Below, piece after piece: positions 57,706 through 64,000 of a stretch of DNA of 64,000 nucleotides (position 1 is the stretch's first letter; the number at the start of each line of letters is the position of its first letter). A program made the position numbers and the translations under genes. The stretch is from Eledone cirrhosa. Its lineage: Eukaryota. Location: NCBI GenBank assembly GCA_964016885.1, contig OZ024755.1, positions 10,850,001 to 10,914,000 of the forward strand. The letters are read 5' to 3'. The notes under the pieces were generated by a model. It was given only the letters and a program-made list of their open reading frames with translations, was not told the DNA's origin and searched no databases.

Positions 57706-57891
57706 TTGTTATTCAACACATTCACGTTAAGCTTTTGATTTCAATAGAGACTCACGACGGTGAAAATTGTAATTATTAATAGCTGTTGTTGTTATAATCA
57801 AATTGACTATTTGTACCGAGTATTCTGTTTCGTATATACTGACATAAGCATACACATGCATATATACATACATATATGTATATATATATAT

Positions 57892-57926
<35 letters not shown>

Positions 57927-57935
57927 GTGTATGTT

Positions 57936-57983
<48 letters not shown>

Positions 57984-58159
57984 CATATATATATACATAT
58001 ATATATATATGTATTTACATATATACGAGTATATATGTATACGTATATATATATATATATATTTACATATATACGAGTATATATGTACACGTATATATAT
58101 ATATATGTATTTACACATATATATATATATGTATATGTATATATATATATATGTATATA

Positions 58160-58236
<77 letters not shown>

Positions 58237-58489
58237 GTATGTATATATATAAAGAAAGTGAAAGAGAGAGACAGGCAGACGATAGAGAAGGAAATGAATG
58301 TCATATAATAGTTACAAAACAAACAAATGAATTCTTATATTCTTATTATAGTATATCAGCTTTAAGAAGCTGTAATATTTAAGTGGATATACATTTTTTT
58401 GTTACAAGGTCTATATAGTTATTCATTCTATTAAATTTCTATGATTATATTCTTATATTGTTTACATTCATGTTTAATAAAATATTGCA

Positions 58490-58622
<133 letters not shown>

Positions 58623-58731
58623 TAATCGACTAACGCACGGTGATTCCCTATAATACCTGCACTATGATGACTGAAAGCAATATATATATATAAATACAAT
58701 CAATAACTTGTTCATTTTTCTTTTTTACTGC

Positions 58732-58772
<41 letters not shown>

Positions 58773-59177
58773 AGATATATATATATCTTATATATATATA
58801 TATATGAGAGAGAAAAATCAAATATGTTCATATACGCATGTATCTGTTTATTGGCGTATGTATATATATATATATTATATATCTTCCACTACACATAAAG
58901 ACTTTTAGATATTCATATCTATGTAGGAGTATATATGTGTGTATATGTGTGTTATATGTATAGGTGCGTGTCATTCTTTTGTTTGGATTCTTCTCTTTAA
59001 GGCGTATACTAAACGCCCTTCTCTGCTTTTCAAGTCTCTGTACTTATTCCATTATCCATTCATATTTTCATCTCTTCTGTGGCTCGTTTAAATAATTCAG
59101 CTCTCGCTATTAGTTTTCGATATTGATATGTGTTTATGCATATAGATAGATGCACACACATGCATACCCATATGCAG

Positions 59178-59242
<65 letters not shown>

Positions 59243-59362
59243 CACGCACATATAATATATATATACATACACAAAGCTACATTATCTACATATATCTATA
59301 TTATATTACTATAATGTCAATATATATATATATGTATGTATATGTATATATATATATATATA

Positions 59363-59500
59363 CAATGATATTAAATAAATGGAAATTATATTTATAAAAC
59401 CATATTAAATATAGTTTCCATTTATTTAATATCATTGAATATTATACTCCAGAAAAGTGTCGAGTGCTCTGAATCAGTTATAAACATTTATATTTGTTGA
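59363..59500 (+). mobile_element. Truncated fold-back copy of the hammerhead element (ribozyme lost)
   Basis: ~32-bp arms caatgatattaaataaatggaaa../..tttccatttatttaatatcattg followed by tactccagaaaagtgtcgagtgc..tcagttataaa. Confidence 0.7.
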
Positions 59501-59836
59501 ATTACCAATATCTCTTCCGCTTATACATATATATATATATAAACCAATGAAATTACTTCTCGAAAAACCTGGCATTTCGAGCCACTTTTTCCATATAAAA
59601 CAAGTAACATTCAGAGACCAACCAGATGTGAGAAAAACCACAGACCCTCCATCTCAACTCACCTTTTGAAAAGCAGAAGAACTGCGAAACCGGTAAAGGA
59701 ACCAAATAAATATATATATTTTTTAAAAAAATAAGACTCCAGTTGCATTTTCGATTTCATCTCTTTTTCTTTATATATATATATATATATATATACAATA
59801 TTAAATAAATGGAAACTATATCTATAAAACCATATT

Positions 59837-59902
59837 TATTTCATTATATATATTTCAGGGATAACATATTAACAATATGCTATGCCTTCCTCAGACAAAA
59901 TA
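59837..59902 (-). ncRNA. Type I hammerhead ribozyme (minus-strand arm)
   Basis: Mirror of 59960-60025 with one substitution in helix II. Confidence 0.75.
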
Positions 59903-59959
59903 CAATATAAACAGTTATATAAATGTCGAATCTATTTATCTATAAAACTGTTTATATTG

Positions 59960-60025
59960 TATTTTGTCTGAGGAAGGTATAGCATATTGTTAATATGTTA
60001 TCCCTGAAATATATATAATGAAATA
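59960..60025 (+). ncRNA. Type I hammerhead ribozyme
   Basis: Helix I tattttgt/atgaaata, CUGAGGA 59968-59974, helix II aggtatagcatatt/aatatgttatccct (13 of 14 pairs), GAAA 60006-60009, palindromic helix III AUAUAUAU, predicted cleavage after 60017. Confidence 0.8.
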
Positions 60026-60153
60026 AATATGGTTTTATAGATATAGTTTCCATTTATTTAATATTGTAAATATACTCCAAATATTTGTCGAGTGCTTTTA
60101 TATCAGTTATAAATATTTACTAGTTGTAACACAACAATTTTAAATATAACTTT

Positions 60154-60257
<104 letters not shown>

Positions 60258-60619
60258 TTGTGTGTATACATATATAGAGATGGTTGCATATGTTTGTATC
60301 TATAAGTTCGAATATATATACATACATTGCACAATATATGAATTACGTTTTATAGATATCTATACATTTATGTGATGTGAACAAAGGACACAAATGAAAG
60401 GAGGAATGTGGCTAGAAATTGTAGAAATGTTACTGAAATTGTAAAACTGTAGAGCGCAGCTGAGGTTTACTGTAGGGTGCAGCTGAGGTTTAATGTCCAT
60501 CCAAAGGTGCGGAGTTTCCCCAATCACATCTCTATTTATTTTTCGCCCCCTTTCTCCCACTGCTTGTAAATACTTACCTTCAGTTACTGGGTGCAATATA
60601 GACGAGTGATAGAGAAGTT

Positions 60620-60915
60620 CGTTTCGCAATCATTTTGTCTGGAGGTATAGTGTCACTTAACCTAGGATCAACCTATGTCTTGTTAGTAAAAATGGTTAGA
60701 CGGAACTTTTTTTTAAGACCGTCGAATATACTCTAACTCTAATTCAATGAGGCCAGCCTCGTCACACAATGTTTTACTTTGAATCTCCCCGAGATTTAAG
60801 TTAAGTGTGAACGTGTCTGTGGAATTTTCAATAACTTTACACGTTAATTTCATCGGTAGGCTGTTGCGTTGATTGAACAACTAAAATATTTATCGCCGAA
60901 ACTGGCGAACGTCCA
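60620..60915 (+). mobile_element. Degenerate SINE tail segments
   Basis: gttagacggaac..cgtcg and tcgtcacac..gtgtctgtggaa..cacgttaatttca..gattgaacaactaaaa, as at 9125-9350 and 180-345. Confidence 0.5.
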
Positions 60916-61801
60916 TTTCAAATATATCTGATGTTCCATTGCAACATTTATTATACTAGACTCTTTAAAACATTTCGTGGCAGAAGTATTTAATTGGTGA
61001 CAAATAGGAAGCATAGAAACCTAAATAGAATATTGTGTGTGCATATGATTTTGTGTGTGTGACTGTCTGTTTGTGTATGTGTGTATCTGTGTGTGCATAT
61101 GTATGCGTGTGCATGTGTGTGTGCTAAATATAAATAGTTCTGACAGAAATATATAATTTGACATATGAATTCGCCAACGGCATACTAACGTAGCTTAAAC
61201 TTAGAATATTTTCAAGGTTACATTTGAAAGAGTGATTTGTAGGAAATCATTGTTTAACATGAATATGTCACCCTCTGGTACTAACCGTAATATTTGCAAA
61301 CATACGCCTTGAGAACTCTGCTATTTCGAGGTTTTTGTTATATATATATAAACAAATCTCTTTATTAACATTCATATAGGAAGTGATGAAAACAATGAAA
61401 GCTCGTTAACTCTTCTATAGAAATATTGTAAATATAACTTCATGGAATACAAGTTAAAATCATCGATCCTCCATCGGTTTCGACGATAAGGATTTAGTTT
61501 TGTGATCTACTGGAATTCATGCTAGTGATAGACTAAAGACTGCCTTTATGTAAATGGTTATGTAAATATTTGACGTTCGTTATCTCCAGGTAAACCCTAA
61601 CTGAGAATACCTGAGATCAAATGCTTTTCATCCGTACGATCTTGTCTTTTGTTTATCAGACATAGTGTATCTAATACAAAATCTATCGGATAAGCCCTTC
61701 CTCTTTTTTTGTGACGGTGGAAACACGAGGGTTGTTATTTCTAGCTTCTAGTGACCACATTGCAGTTCTTAAGAAAATATTTGTAGCTTAATATAATTTA
61801 C

Positions 61802-61870
61802 AGCCCAGGAATCGAACCTACCACATTATGATTCTAAGGTCAACATCGTTACCACTCGGCCACGTGCCTC
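61802..61870 (-). mobile_element. tRNA-derived SINE head
   Basis: ggaatcgaacctaccac..ttaccactcggccacgtgcc (antisense B and A boxes); does not form a clean cloverleaf. Confidence 0.5.
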
Positions 61871-63290
61871 CAAAGAGTACTATAAGCCCAACTACCAAAA
61901 ACCACCAACTACTAATGGCAACCTTAATACTATCAAAATCATTATCATCACCAGCGTTGCTACTTCCATTACTACTACGGCTACTGTCACAAGTTATTAT
62001 CAATAACTTTGTCCTCCATTATCACCTCAAAATGCTAATATTACACATTATCAACTTAAACTGCCACAGTTGTAAAACTAACTATTATTTCTGCCATGAG
62101 TTATCAAAAAAAAATTCCTTTCATCTAAGTATTTTCTTTTGGTTGTGTTTTAACGCTATTGTATTGTGTTTTTCAGTGTTTCTTTATATCGAATTCATGC
62201 ATTTTACTGGGCTTTATTGTATATTGTTGTATTTTATTGTATTATATTTTGTTTTAGTATTTTATGGTATTTTATGATTTTTTTTTTTTTTTAAATTGTA
62301 TTCTGTTCATGTGAGAGTGAGTGACTGTGGCCGAAAAGAAAAGGTGTTCTAACTAGCATTTCAAACACTAGCACATTAATTCATACTCATACATATTCTA
62401 CACTCAAACACATATGCACACATACACTTGCAGACACCCCAGCTCCCACCCCCCCCACTGAACCATTCTTTCATTCGCGTGTGCTCATACACACTGACAC
62501 ATATATACATATGTGTGAATGTATATATATATACCTTTTTATGAATTTTTTTTATTATATTACATTTGGAACTATTTCCCCGCCTTCCACGCACTCTGTT
62601 TTCATGTTTGATTAATCGAAGGATAGATTTTATTTTTATTTCTGGTGCCAGAATAACCCCTACTATCACCTACGTTACCATCATCTATGAGACCAATCGC
62701 AGTAGTCACTACCATTACCGAAGTCGTCATCATCACCAAGATAACATAAACCCATCATAAATACAACCACTAGCATCACCAAAATTGCCACCATAACCCA
62801 CTAACACGACGGAGCTCCTATAACAGCAAAGAGTGTTGTGGGCCTAAGGCAGGCCATATATAACGATGGTGTTCCTATGACTCCATTATAAGGCAAGTTT
62901 CATAAGCCGAGGATGCAAAGGAATTTTCCCCCTCTATTTTCTTTCTTCGTTTCCTTGAAATGTAAATTCGTGAGTCAATTGCGCCTCTATTAAAAGAAAC
63001 TCTTACAATTAACGAGGAAAATGTCACATTAAATGGGCAATTTTCATCGTCAGCAACGATTCGATCAATCCAATTTTTATTATTATCTATCATCCCTTCT
63101 CTCTCACACACTCACTCTCTCTCACACACACTCTCTCTCTCTCTCTCTCTCACTCACTCTTTATCTATCTATCTATCTTTCTTTCGCTCTCTTTATATAA
63201 TATATTTAATAGTTATTTCCTTTATATGTAATTATCTACATGATTTGAAAATTTAATATCTGCTCTATTAAATATATTTTATATTATTAC

Positions 63291-63396
<106 letters not shown>

Positions 63397-64000
63397 GTTT
63401 TTGTTGTTTTGTTGTCTTTCCAGTTTTATATTCGCTTTTCCGCCTTTGCTGTTGTTGTTGGTGGTAATAGAGTGGTTTAGTTGTATTTACTTTTGTTATC
63501 GTTGGGGTTGCTGCTTTTGCTGTTGTTGTTAATGATGGTGGTGAGTGATGATAATGGTGGTGGCGGTGGTGGTTGTTTCGTTGCTTCTTTTATTGGTTTT
63601 TGTTCCCTTTTCTGTTGTTGTGTATGTTATTTTGTGCTGCTAATATCATTTTTGTTGTTGTTTCGTATAATGGGTGTAAGTGGTAAGTAGGGGCCAGCTT
63701 AAAAATTAGGGTTTCATTGTTGTGGATAAGATGGTGACAGCTTATTAATTTCTGATGTCCAAATCAATTTCGAACATGAATTTAACGAACTGGTACACTC
63801 CTTAAAAGAAATAAGTTGATTATTAACTATACGAATTTGGGTCGGAATGGCGATGATGATGATGATCATCATCATGATCATGATCATGATGATTGTGCTA
63901 TGGGGGAAGAGGTAGTAATGTTGGTGGTGATGGTGATGGTGGTGCTCTGGTTGTACTTGAGCTGTTGTTATATTTATTGTTGTTGCTGCTATAGTAATGA

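Noticed and set aside
61802-61870. tRNA-like A/B boxes here and in other SINE heads
   Set aside because: No complete cloverleaf; these are tRNA-derived SINE heads, not tRNA genes.

Overview
AT-rich eukaryotic DNA, intergenic or intronic in character and saturated with (TA)n, (CA)n, (GA)n and trinucleotide microsatellites. The repeat landscape and SINE families look like a coleoid cephalopod, most likely Octopus (inference from recalled repeat consensus, not a database hit). Almost all ORFs in the track are microsatellite artefacts. Recognisable elements: an RTE-clade LINE that keeps its 5' UTR, AP endonuclease and C-terminal C2H2 fingers but has lost the whole RT; two shorter bipartite RTE derivatives; a decayed Chapaev3-like DNA transposon with intact CAC...GTG ends and a TAA target duplication; many tRNA-derived SINEs; a Tc1/mariner-type MITE; and a 2.3 kb 33-bp VNTR with higher-order structure. 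The most striking signal is a family of short non-coding fold-back elements inserted in (TA)n. Two copies (41709-42117 and 59794-60155) carry complete type I hammerhead ribozyme folds on both strands, with covarying helix II, and four further degenerate or truncated copies share the architecture. This is consistent with Penelope-like pLTRs or retrozymes. A perfect 108-bp palindrome and a weakly supported spliced orphan transcript on the minus strand (about 49.2-60.6 kb) are also noted. No rRNA, genuine tRNA or CRISPR array was seen.
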